From: a virus | Strand: one strand, 5' to 3' | IMG/VR virus record: IMGVR_UViG_3300037504_000588 | Location: 14,997 to 78,996 of that record | Length of the DNA: 64,000 bases | Shown: piece after piece, positions 19,280-28,349 of the stretch | Position numbering within the stretch: the stretch's first letter is position 1 | How the letters are laid out: each line of letters begins with the position of its first letter | Translations under genes and position numbers: made by a program | The notes under the pieces: generated by a model | What the model saw: the letters and a program-made list of their open reading frames with translations, nothing else | Told to the model about the DNA's origin: nothing | The model's database searches: none

Positions 19280-21784
19280 ATGTACACAAAAGAACAAGTG
19301 ATTGAAGCAACATTAGATTACTTCAAAGGAGATGGCTTTGCAACAGATGTTTTTGTAAACAAATATTGTTTAAGAGACAGAGACGGCAATTATCTTGAAA
19401 AAACACCTGATGATATACACAGGAGATTAGCGAAGGAATTTACAAGAATAGAGCAAAAATACCTAAATCCATTAAATGAAAAAGAAATATACAGTCTACT
19501 AAAAGACTTCAAATATATAATACCTCAAGGTTCTCCAATGGCAGGGATAGGTAACAATCACCGATTACTTAGTCTTTCAAATTGTTTCGTAATTGATTCT
19601 GCTAAAGATTCATATACAGATATAATAGATACAGAAAAAAGGCAAATATATTTAATGAAGCGCAGAGGAGGTGTTGGACATGATCTTTCAAACATAAGAC
19701 CGAAAAATGTAAAGACAAGTTCTGTGGCAGAAAAAAGTTCAGGTATTGTACTGTTTGGAGAGAGATATAGTAGAGGAACAAGGGAGGTAGCTCAAGATGG
19801 TCGCAGAGGAGCACTTATGTTATCTATATCAATAGATCATCCAGATGCAGAAAGTTTCATAGATGCTAAACTTGATAGAGGAATGATAACAGGAGCAAAT
19901 ATATCAGTTAGGCTTTCTGATTCATTTATCAAAGCAGCTCTAAAAGGAGAAGAATATGAAGCAACATACACCAATCATCAAGGGGAATTTAAAACAAAAG
20001 TAAATGCAAAGAAGTTATGGGATAAGATAATCCATAATGCATGGAAGTCAGCAGAACCAGGTGTTTTATTTTGGGATAATATATTAAGGGAATCAATTCC
20101 TTCGTGTTATGGAGATGAATGGAGAGAAACGAGCACAAACCCGTGCTCCGAAATTCCTCTCTGTCCATACGATAGTTGTAGGTTAATGGCGATCAATTTA
20201 TACAGTTATATTGAAGAACCATTTACAGAAAAAGCAAAATTCAATTTTGAAAAATTTAAGAAACATGTAAGAATAGCTCAAAGGTTGATGGATGATATAG
20301 TTGATTTGGAATTTGAAAAGATTGACAAAATATTGCATCACCTTGAAAATGATCCTGACAAGGAAGCAAATAACGTTGAAGAAATAAGACTATGGAAAGA
20401 GATAAGGAGAAAAGGGGAACAGGGACGTAGAACAGGGTTAGGTATAACTGCCGAAGGTGACATGATAGCTGCAATGGGGTTGAGATACGGAACAAAAGAA
20501 GCAACAGAGTTAAGTATAGAAGTACATAAAACTTTAGCTGTAGAAAGTTACAAATCATCCATTGAGATGGCAAAAGAAAGAGGTTGCTTCCCTATTTGGG
20601 ACTATGATAAAGAAAAAAGAAACCCGTTTATAAACAGAGTAGAAGAACAATTAGCTTGGAATAAATTAAATGAATCAGATGATGAATATTGTTTATTATA
20701 TAGAAAATATGGACGTAGAAACATAGCCAATCTAACCATCGCACCAACAGGAAGTGTAAGTGCTTGTTCACAGACAACTTCTGGAATAGAGCCAGCCTTC
20801 TTAATATATTACAAAAGAAGGAGAAAGGTGAACCCAGAAGATAAAGACCAAAGAGTAGATTTTATAGATGAAACAGGGGACAGTTGGCAAGAATACAACG
20901 TATTTCACCATAAGTTTGTTGAGTGGTGGAAGGTTAATTTCGCACCAGATCACACATACCAGGAAGCACTTTCAAAGCTTCAACAATTAAAAGATCAAGA
21001 AATAGAAGAACTGATAGAAGAATCTCCTTATTATAAAGCAACTTCTAATGATATAGATTGGGAAGAAAGTGTAAAACTTCAAGGAGAGGTTCAGAAATGG
21101 GTGGATCATAGTATATCTAAGACTGTGAATGTTCCAGAAAATACACCTGTAAGTATTATAGATAACATATATCGTAAAGCATATGAGTCAGGATGTAAAG
21201 GAGTGACTGTTTACAGAGATGGATGTAGAAGCGGGATTCTTGTAAACAACAAGGATGAAAGTAAGGGTGAATTTGAATACAAAGATGCATTTAAGAGACC
21301 GGAGGTAACTGATTGTGATATATATCACAAAACAGCTTTAAAGAAGGATTGGACTGTATTGGTTGGCAAGGTGGGAAACAACCCTTATGAGATATTTGTT
21401 TTAAAGCAGTTAGAAAATTCAGCCTTTCCTCACAAGATAACTAAAGGAAAAATAAAGAAAAATAAAAGCAAAAATTATTCCTTAATAGGTGTAGACAAAG
21501 ATAAAAGATATACAATAGATAACATAATTAATTATATGTTGCCAGATGAGAGGGTGAACACTCGTAAGGTATCGTCAATGCTAAGACATGGAATGCATCC
21601 TGAACACATAGTATCTCAAATAAGAGAATATGCTTCAATAACAAGTTTTGATAAAGTTGTTGAGAGAGTATTAAAGAATTACACAGAAGAAAAAGAAGAA
21701 AAATGCCCTAATTGTGGAGATAAATTATTAAGACAAGAGGGGTGTGTAAAGTGCACTAATTGTACATATAGTGTTTGTGGTTGA
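19280..21784 (+). CDS. nrdJ: Class II (B12-dependent) ribonucleotide reductase
   Basis: NCFV, TNPCSE, TIAPTG, KGVTVYRDG, C-terminal EGCxxCxxC; no adjacent nrdB. Confidence 0.93.
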   Translation: MYTKEQVIEATLDYFKGDGFATDVFVNKYCLRDRDGNYLEKTPDDIHRRLAKEFTRIEQKYLNPLNEKEIYSLLKDFKYIIPQGSPMAGIGNNHRLLSLSNCFVIDSAKDSYTDIIDTEKRQIYLMKRRGGVGHDLSNIRPKNVKTSSVAEKSSGIVLFGERYSRGTREVAQDGRRGALMLSISIDHPDAESFIDAKLDRGMITGANISVRLSDSFIKAALKGEEYEATYTNHQGEFKTKVNAKKLWDKIIHNAWKSAEPGVLFWDNILRESIPSCYGDEWRETSTNPCSEIPLCPYDSCRLMAINLYSYIEEPFTEKAKFNFEKFKKHVRIAQRLMDDIVDLEFEKIDKILHHLENDPDKEANNVEEIRLWKEIRRKGEQGRRTGLGITAEGDMIAAMGLRYGTKEATELSIEVHKTLAVESYKSSIEMAKERGCFPIWDYDKEKRNPFINRVEEQLAWNKLNESDDEYCLLYRKYGRRNIANLTIAPTGSVSACSQTTSGIEPAFLIYYKRRRKVNPEDKDQRVDFIDETGDSWQEYNVFHHKFVEWWKVNFAPDHTYQEALSKLQQLKDQEIEELIEESPYYKATSNDIDWEESVKLQGEVQKWVDHSISKTVNVPENTPVSIIDNIYRKAYESGCKGVTVYRDGCRSGILVNNKDESKGEFEYKDAFKRPEVTDCDIYHKTALKKDWTVLVGKVGNNPYEIFVLKQLENSAFPHKITKGKIKKNKSKNYSLIGVDKDKRYTIDNIINYMLPDERVNTRKVSSMLRHGMHPEHIVSQIREYASITSFDKVVERVLKNYTEEKEEKCPNCGDKLLRQEGCVKCTNCTYSVCG

Positions 21785-21842
21785 TTTTTAACATTATCTA
21801 ATTATCAATCAATAATTTATAAATTTTTTTTATATTTTTTTT

Positions 21843-21894
21843 AAAAATAATTGCAAAAATATTTTGTTTTTATATAAAAAAGTATTATATTTAT
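21843..21894 (+). promoter_or_regulatory. Repeated host-type promoter, copy 3 (variant)
   Basis: Same element, ending TATATTTA instead of TATATTTG. Confidence 0.65.
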
Positions 21895-22485
21895 ATGGTA
21901 GATAATTTTGATTTGATTAAGCCAATGTTAAAATTTGAATCGGAAGATGATTTTTACTTCATTCAAATTTTACAAAGGAAGAAAGATAACCCTAATGGGT
22001 GTAATGGAAGTAGTAATAGTGCCAGGTTAATAAAAGCATATTACATCAACTCAATAGAACATTTGGAAAGTTTAAAAGATGAGATGGTATTTTTTGCCAA
22101 TCATTTTAACTCAAGAGTTGGAATAAACCTAAATAAAAGGAGTTATGAAAAAACGGCTTTTAATACTTTGAAAAAAGTTGCAGAAGTGATGCACAATAAG
22201 AATTTTAAAATGGTAAGAAGAGCATGGAATACCTCTTGCGGTGTGCATAATGGTGGCGATAAAATATGGTTGTTAGATATTGATGTTAAAGACGCAGACT
22301 ATATAAAAAATATAAAGGAATTTGTGCAAAATCAACAACCCAAAAGGGATAAGATATTAGGATTAATTCCTTCAAAAAGTGGATTTCATTTAATTACAAA
22401 GGGGTTTGATTTGAGAGCTTTTAAAAAAGAATACCCAGAGATTGAAATACATAAAAACAATCCAACGAACTTATATATTCCATAA
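21895..22485 (+). CDS. Hypothetical protein with AEP/PrimPol-like motifs
   Basis: WLLDID and SKSGFHLI motifs. Confidence 0.45.
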   Translation: MVDNFDLIKPMLKFESEDDFYFIQILQRKKDNPNGCNGSSNSARLIKAYYINSIEHLESLKDEMVFFANHFNSRVGINLNKRSYEKTAFNTLKKVAEVMHNKNFKMVRRAWNTSCGVHNGGDKIWLLDIDVKDADYIKNIKEFVQNQQPKRDKILGLIPSKSGFHLITKGFDLRAFKKEYPEIEIHKNNPTNLYIP

Positions 22486-22505
22486 TTAATAAAAACAAAG
22501 CAATA

Positions 22506-22718
22506 ATGGAAAAATTTGAAATTCACATTGGTAAGATTTACGACTTAGAAAGTAAAACTGAAAAACCAAAACAAACAATGATTATTACAATAGAGCAATT
22601 TGCAGTAATTGAGCAATTTGCAGACATTAGAAAAGATGAATACCTTAATACGATTTACAGACTAAACCAGTGTGAATTTAAGGTAGTACCTCACATTGAT
22701 TTTAAAAGCAAAAAGTAG
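22506..22718 (+). CDS. Hypothetical protein
   Basis: Followed directly by GTGCTAAC. Confidence 0.5.
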   Translation: MEKFEIHIGKIYDLESKTEKPKQTMIITIEQFAVIEQFADIRKDEYLNTIYRLNQCEFKVVPHIDFKSKK

Positions 22719-22746
22719 TGCTAACGGGATTGGCGTAATAAGCCAT

Positions 22747-22959
22747 GTTATAAATCTGTAAAATTATGGATAAACCAACAATTAAGGATTTGCAAAGGTG
22801 GTTAAAATATAATATAGATGAATGTATTCGCTTTAGAAAAAAAGCGGGTGGGGAGGAAAGATATGAAGACGCAATGGAATTGAAACATATGGAGAATACT
22901 TATAAAAAAGTATGGTTAAAATTAGAAAGAATGCAGGAGTAATTTTATTGTTTTATAAC
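22747..22959 (+). mobile_element. Single integron-like cassette carrying a 58-aa ORF (22766-22942)
   Basis: GTTATAAATCTGTAAAATT / AATTTTATTGTTTTATAAC inverted ends (16/19). Confidence 0.65.
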
Positions 22960-23070
22960 GTTGAGTATATGGTAAGTTGGGGATTAAAATGTGCTGACCC
23001 TTCAGCTTGCGACAAATAAAACAAAACGGATTGCGGTATGGTATCGTGCGGAATTTTTAAAACCTAATAT

Positions 23071-23769
23071 ATGAAACATACATGTGAACAGATTTATGAA
23101 ATTGGAGCTAATAACAAAGTGTATGGCCATGAAAAAGGTCTTTGCCGAATAACAGGCAAAGAAAGTACAGGGGTGCTTTTTGATAAGTGGGTTAGAAACA
23201 CATTCAATGACCACGACTATCTTTTTCCTGGTACTATAATTTCAAACGAAGCTTTATTTTGCTTTGATGAAAGCTCAGAGATTGTTCAGCGAAAAACTGG
23301 ACGTGGTAAACCCCAAAGATTCCGCACGTATTCTCATATTATTAAAGATGGTGAGTGGTATTGCGTTACGAAAGGCGATAAACGAAAGATATTTGAATTA
23401 ATAGTTGAAGGTGCTGAAGTGGTTTGTCTGACCGAAACAGGACAAAAACACGTATTGTTTAAGCATAAAAATGGCATGTGGCAGCTTGATGAATTGCATG
23501 TAAAACCAGATATTGAATTATTAGGCTTACTGCATTACCACATGTGTGAGCTACTTGCATATCAATTTTCACAATCTGAAATTATCACAGGAGATTATAA
23601 ATCAAATAGAATTTTGAAAGCTGGTTTAAAAAACTGGAAAGAACACGAAAATATTATAAAAGAATACCGTGGTAGTGGCATATTTGATTTTACTTCATTC
23701 ATACTTTACACGGACGAAAAGAAACAGGCAACGCCCGAACCTGTAAGTAAACCGGGCAAAGAAATATAA
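23071..23769 (+). CDS. csf1: Type IV CRISPR large subunit Csf1 (Cas8-like)
   Basis: Degenerate N-terminal Zn-finger-like region (CRITG...TFNDHD), GQKH motif, first gene of the csf operon. Confidence 0.7.
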   Translation: MKHTCEQIYEIGANNKVYGHEKGLCRITGKESTGVLFDKWVRNTFNDHDYLFPGTIISNEALFCFDESSEIVQRKTGRGKPQRFRTYSHIIKDGEWYCVTKGDKRKIFELIVEGAEVVCLTETGQKHVLFKHKNGMWQLDELHVKPDIELLGLLHYHMCELLAYQFSQSEIITGDYKSNRILKAGLKNWKEHENIIKEYRGSGIFDFTSFILYTDEKKQATPEPVSKPGKEI

Positions 23770-23777
23770 AAATCATT

Positions 23778-24125
23778 ATGGAATTAACTCAGGAATTAGT
23801 TGCCGAAAACCTTCTATGGGGTTTGTGGCGAAGTATTACCGAGGATTACAAAACGCAATATCCTCGTGAAATTTGGGAGCATTACGAAAATGCTCTACGT
23901 TCAGCAAGCTACACAGATAGCTTGAAAGTATTCTTAACCAATTTCCAACGCCGTATACCTATCGATATTCAGGCGCAATACAATAAAGATATTCTTTCAG
24001 TTGTAGAAGCTGGCGAAGATGATACAGTACTTAATTGGCTAAGAACAGAAACCACCTACCTAACCATGTTGGTTAGACTTAGAAATCAGGAAAGAAAAGA
24101 ATCATTAAAAGAATTAAACTCATGA
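23778..24125 (+). CDS. cas11: Type IV-B small subunit Cas11
   Basis: 115-aa helical protein between csf1 and csf2. Confidence 0.65.
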   Translation: MELTQELVAENLLWGLWRSITEDYKTQYPREIWEHYENALRSASYTDSLKVFLTNFQRRIPIDIQAQYNKDILSVVEAGEDDTVLNWLRTETTYLTMLVRLRNQERKESLKELNS

Positions 24126-25024
24126 AAACTTTAATCTTAGAGGGAAATTGCACGGCTTTAAGTTCAATTAGCCATAATGGAGGCGAAAAAAACGGAACAA
24201 TAGTACAATTACGCCGTGAGAAATTTGTACAACCCAAAGGCAAAGTAGTTGAAATTCCTGTTATATCAGGAAATAGTATTCGGGGGAAACTTCGAGACTT
24301 GGCTGCTATTGACATTTTAACAAAAAAAGACGGGGTAAAAGTTCAGGTTGATGCTGATAGTTTTAACTTGTTATTTTCCGGTGGTTCGCTTGAAAGTGTT
24401 GGCGAGAAAAATTTAAACATCGACAAGGTGCGTCAAATGCGAAAAGACATACCAATGATTTCGGTACTTGGATGTTCAGTCGGTAATATAATTGTGCCGG
24501 GTAAAGTTGACATAGGTAAAATGATCCCTATTTGTAAAGAAACCTTACACCTTATTCCCGAAAAATTCCATGGCACGGAAGAAATAAAAACAATTTGGGA
24601 GTATTGTCAGGTCGAAATGAACACCCGAAAAGACGACACAAAAGATGAAAACAAGCGGGAATTTATCAAAGAAGAAGATAAGACCGAAGATTTGCGAGGT
24701 GGGCAGATGATGTACTACACCGAAACTTTAGTTACAGGCACTCGCTTTTACTGGAAAGTTTGTTTGCGAGATACTACCGACATTGAAACAGGTGCTTTTC
24801 TATCTATTCTGCAAAGTTGGGTAGCTCAAAGTTCACAGGTAGGCGGCAATGGGCGTGTAGGGCATGGTCGTTTAAAAGTTGATTTAACCGAAACTTCGGT
24901 TGTTGATTCTGACATGAAGTTTGAAAACTCCGACTTCGTAACCTATATTGACAAAGCTAACGAAGCTAAAAAAGATGTAACAGATTATTTTGAAAAAGGA
25001 GTTTCAAAAACACTATTTAAGTGA
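24122..25024 (+). CDS. csf2: Type IV CRISPR backbone Csf2 (Cas7 RAMP)
   Basis: LSSISH, IPVISGNSIRGKLR, LLFSGG, QMMYYTETL, Gly loop VGGNGRVGHG. Confidence 0.88.
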   Translation: MKTLILEGNCTALSSISHNGGEKNGTIVQLRREKFVQPKGKVVEIPVISGNSIRGKLRDLAAIDILTKKDGVKVQVDADSFNLLFSGGSLESVGEKNLNIDKVRQMRKDIPMISVLGCSVGNIIVPGKVDIGKMIPICKETLHLIPEKFHGTEEIKTIWEYCQVEMNTRKDDTKDENKREFIKEEDKTEDLRGGQMMYYTETLVTGTRFYWKVCLRDTTDIETGAFLSILQSWVAQSSQVGGNGRVGHGRLKVDLTETSVVDSDMKFENSDFVTYIDKANEAKKDVTDYFEKGVSKTLFK

Positions 25025-26292
25025 TGGGAAAGATATATTTAGATAAAAATGTATTTGAAGCTTTTTCAGAGAGAGTAAATTATATATTCGATGAATTTAA
25101 GTTAGTCTATATAAGTTTTTCTGGAGGTAAAGACAGTTCTGTTATGATTCAGCTGGTTAATGAGATAGCAAAAAAGAGAGGTAGAACTTTTTTTGTATAT
25201 TACGTTGATTTGGAAGCTCAATATACTGCAACAATAAATCATGTTTACGAATTAAAACAATTATCTCAAATAGAAAAGTTTTATCATTTGTGCTTACCTA
25301 TGTCATTAACTAATGCATCATCAATACTTCAACCAAAATGGACATGTTGGGATAAAAATGTCAAAGAAAAATGGGTTAGAGATATGCCAGATGATTGCAT
25401 TAATATTGATAACCATGATTTTGGAGATTATTATTTTGAAGGTATCGAGTTTGAGCAGTTTATGAAAAAATTCCCTGCATACTTAATGAAAAAACATAAT
25501 GAAAATAAAATTGCAGGGTTGGTTGGAATAAGAAGTGATGAATCTTTAAATCGGTTCAGGGCGATAGCGTTTGGTAAAAATATTTATAAAGATAAAAAAT
25601 GGACTACTGATAATGGGAACGGTTATTATTCGATATATCCCATTTATGATTGGAAGACACAAGATATATGGGGAGCTACATTTAAGTTTTCTTTAAAGTA
25701 CAATAAGGTGTATGAAATGATGCTTAAAAATGGTGTAGGAATACATGAACAAAGGATTTGCCACCCTTACGGAGCAGACCAAAGAGTATCTTTAAACCAA
25801 TGGGCAGCAATAGAACCGAAAACATGGGATAAAATAGTTAATAGGGTTTCAGGTACTAATTTTGGAAACATCTATTGTAAAACTTCTTTATTAGGACATA
25901 ACGGGACAGAAAAACCAAAACATTTAACTTGGCAAGAATATTCAATATTTCTATTGGAATCTATTGGCATGTACTCACCGACATTAATGAATCATTATGT
26001 CAGAAAATTGAAAATATACTTTAAATACTATAAAGACAATTATAATCTTAAAATAAAAGATATACCTGATTATAGAACACCAAAAGAAGCTAAAGAGCAT
26101 GGTAAAGGTATTCATTGGAAAAAAATTGCTAAATGTTTAGAAAAAAACGATTTTGCTTGTACTTCATTAAGTTACGGATTAACAAATGATGATATTGAGG
26201 ATGCAAAAAAATTAAAAAAAGAATGGAAAGATAGTTTAGGTATTCAAGAAACAACGAAAGTAATGAAAACATTAAAAGAAAAAATATCATGA
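25024..26292 (+). CDS. ibrA: IbrA/YbdN-like PAPS-reductase-family protein (DUF3440)
   Basis: SFSGGKDS, GIRSDESLNRF, PIYDW, QRICHPYG, NRVSGTNFG. Confidence 0.88.
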   Translation: MGKIYLDKNVFEAFSERVNYIFDEFKLVYISFSGGKDSSVMIQLVNEIAKKRGRTFFVYYVDLEAQYTATINHVYELKQLSQIEKFYHLCLPMSLTNASSILQPKWTCWDKNVKEKWVRDMPDDCINIDNHDFGDYYFEGIEFEQFMKKFPAYLMKKHNENKIAGLVGIRSDESLNRFRAIAFGKNIYKDKKWTTDNGNGYYSIYPIYDWKTQDIWGATFKFSLKYNKVYEMMLKNGVGIHEQRICHPYGADQRVSLNQWAAIEPKTWDKIVNRVSGTNFGNIYCKTSLLGHNGTEKPKHLTWQEYSIFLLESIGMYSPTLMNHYVRKLKIYFKYYKDNYNLKIKDIPDYRTPKEAKEHGKGIHWKKIAKCLEKNDFACTSLSYGLTNDDIEDAKKLKKEWKDSLGIQETTKVMKTLKEKIS

Positions 26293-26801
26293 TAAAATTT
26301 CCAGTATTAGATGTAAAAATGGTTGATATAGATTTGGTTTATAGTAATGATTACAATCCCAATGCAGTTGCTCCACCTGAAATGCAGTTGTTGAAGAAAT
26401 CAATAGAAGAAGATGGATATACGCAACCTATTGTAACATTTTACGATAAATTAGAAGATAAATATATAATAGTAGATGGTTTTCATAGATATCGGTGCGC
26501 TAAAGAGTTTTTTAATTTAGATAAAATACCTATAGTTGTAATCAATAAACCTATTCAAAATAGAATGGCATCTACTATAAGGCATAACAGAGCGAGAGGT
26601 ACACATTCTATTAAAGGAATGAGCAGTATAGTTATGGAATTAACAAAAAAGGGTTGGGAAAACACTCAAATTTGTGAACATTTAGGAATGGAATTGGAAG
26701 AAGTTATTAGGTTAAAACAAATAACTGGACTAAAGGAAGCATTTGCAAATCATAAATTTTCAAAAAGTTGGGAAGAATTTGAAATTAATAATAATGGATA
26801 A
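26289..26801 (+). CDS. ibrB: IbrB/YbdM-like ParB/Srx-domain protein
   Basis: NDYNPNAVAPPEM, DGYTQPIV, VDGFHR, STIRHNRARGTH. Confidence 0.9.
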   Translation: MIKFPVLDVKMVDIDLVYSNDYNPNAVAPPEMQLLKKSIEEDGYTQPIVTFYDKLEDKYIIVDGFHRYRCAKEFFNLDKIPIVVINKPIQNRMASTIRHNRARGTHSIKGMSSIVMELTKKGWENTQICEHLGMELEEVIRLKQITGLKEAFANHKFSKSWEEFEINNNG

Positions 26802-27474
26802 AAAAACAGCTTTATTATACGCTCAATTAAAGCCTTATAAAGCCCTGGTGAATAAAACATCAGGCTTTATAAGATGGGCTTTGGAGCGTGTTGGAAATCC
26901 TTACGTTGCTTGTTCTTTCGGTAAGGATAGCACCGTAATGCTTCATTTAATTTTACAACATGATCCTGATATTCCTGTTCGCTTCGCTTCACATCCTGAA
27001 ACAAGGATTTTAGATAATTATGATGAAGTTATAAATGAATGGATAAATAGAGGAATCAATTATCATGAAATTTATTGCAAGGGAGGGTTAGTAAAGGTGA
27101 GATATGCACAAAGAAAAGCATTAGATGCTTTACATGAAGATTGGGATTCTTTTTTTGTTGGTATAAGAAAACAAGAATCATTCGGAAGGCGTGTATCTTT
27201 AAAAAAACATGGAATGTTTCATCAATTAAAATCTACTGGAAGGGTAAAAATAAGTCCATTGTCTGATTGGACAGAAAAAGAAATAGCGGTTTACATTTTA
27301 GTAAATGATTTACCTGTTTTAAATAAATATAATATAGAGGGTTTTTCCGCAAGAACAACAAGCGGAATACCAAGGACTAATATTGAAGAGTGTTTAATAT
27401 CGTTAAAACAACGAGATATTGAAAGCTACAATAAATTATGTCAATTATTTCCTGACACTAAATATTTTGGATAA
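26794..27474 (+). CDS. cysH: Type IV-B-associated CysH-like PAPS-reductase-family protein
   Basis: SFGKDS PP-loop, GIRKQESFGR, PLSDW; ATG at 26794. Confidence 0.8.
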   Translation: MDKKTALLYAQLKPYKALVNKTSGFIRWALERVGNPYVACSFGKDSTVMLHLILQHDPDIPVRFASHPETRILDNYDEVINEWINRGINYHEIYCKGGLVKVRYAQRKALDALHEDWDSFFVGIRKQESFGRRVSLKKHGMFHQLKSTGRVKISPLSDWTEKEIAVYILVNDLPVLNKYNIEGFSARTTSGIPRTNIEECLISLKQRDIESYNKLCQLFPDTKYFG

Positions 27475-28130
27475 TGAACGAATTTAAACAGCTAAGAATA
27501 AGAGCCTATTTAAAAACAGGTGTAATAAGCGACCAATATCTACCTTTAGATGGTGTTTTATATTACCACCTTGTGCGCCGTGAAATGGGCGAAGAAATAA
27601 TAACAAAAAGCCGTGAGAGTAATGTAAGGCAGGGAGCCAATATTACTTTACCGATAAAAAAATCGGGACTAAAGAATAACCTTTGGTTTTACGCTTGCTC
27701 TTTTGCTCAATTTCCAGAATATGTTGTCGAAGATTCAAGTTTTAAAGTAAAGTCGGGCGATTGGCTAAAACATAGTCAACATTTTAACGCAAAAAAGAAA
27801 ATAGACATACAGCGTGGCAAATATAAAAACGCTCATATTAAGCTGTATTACAGGCATTGTGAGTACATAGACTGGTATTGTGTCGGCGTTCCTGAAAAAC
27901 TTGCTGAATTACTTAAATTCTGTACCAATTTAGGCAAAAACACAGGAGATGGATGGGGAGAGGTTTTGAAATGGGAAATAAAAGAGTGGCCAGAAGATTG
28001 GAGTGTAAGAGGTGCTGGCAATAAGTTAATGCGGAATGTACCACTAAAACAAAACGGCAGAGGGATTATGTACGGAATGCGTCCAAGCTACTGGAACCCA
28101 CGACACATTGCTGTATGTAAGATGCCGTGA
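27474..28130 (+). CDS. csf3: Type IV CRISPR Csf3 (Cas5 RAMP)
   Basis: LPLDGVL, WFYACS, Gly loop LGKNTGDGWG, RPSYW. Confidence 0.82.
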   Translation: MNEFKQLRIRAYLKTGVISDQYLPLDGVLYYHLVRREMGEEIITKSRESNVRQGANITLPIKKSGLKNNLWFYACSFAQFPEYVVEDSSFKVKSGDWLKHSQHFNAKKKIDIQRGKYKNAHIKLYYRHCEYIDWYCVGVPEKLAELLKFCTNLGKNTGDGWGEVLKWEIKEWPEDWSVRGAGNKLMRNVPLKQNGRGIMYGMRPSYWNPRHIAVCKMP

Positions 28131-28349
28131 TTGTTGACGTCAGTTCTTTAATTTAAAAAGTTGATGTTGAAACAAGGAAAACAGAAGAAAATTAATCAGC
28201 AATTATTTAGATCACCAAATCAAAAATTAAATCCACAATAAAAAAATAATGATAAAAAATTAATGTAATTCTTTTTAAAATATGTAATTATTTATTAATT
28301 TTATACTTTATTGAATTAAATATTTTAATTTTATATATATAATTTATAT

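Noticed and set aside
26794-27474. cysH as a sulfate-assimilation auxiliary metabolic gene
   Set aside because: It lacks the C-terminal ECG(L/I)H motif and sits inside the csf operon
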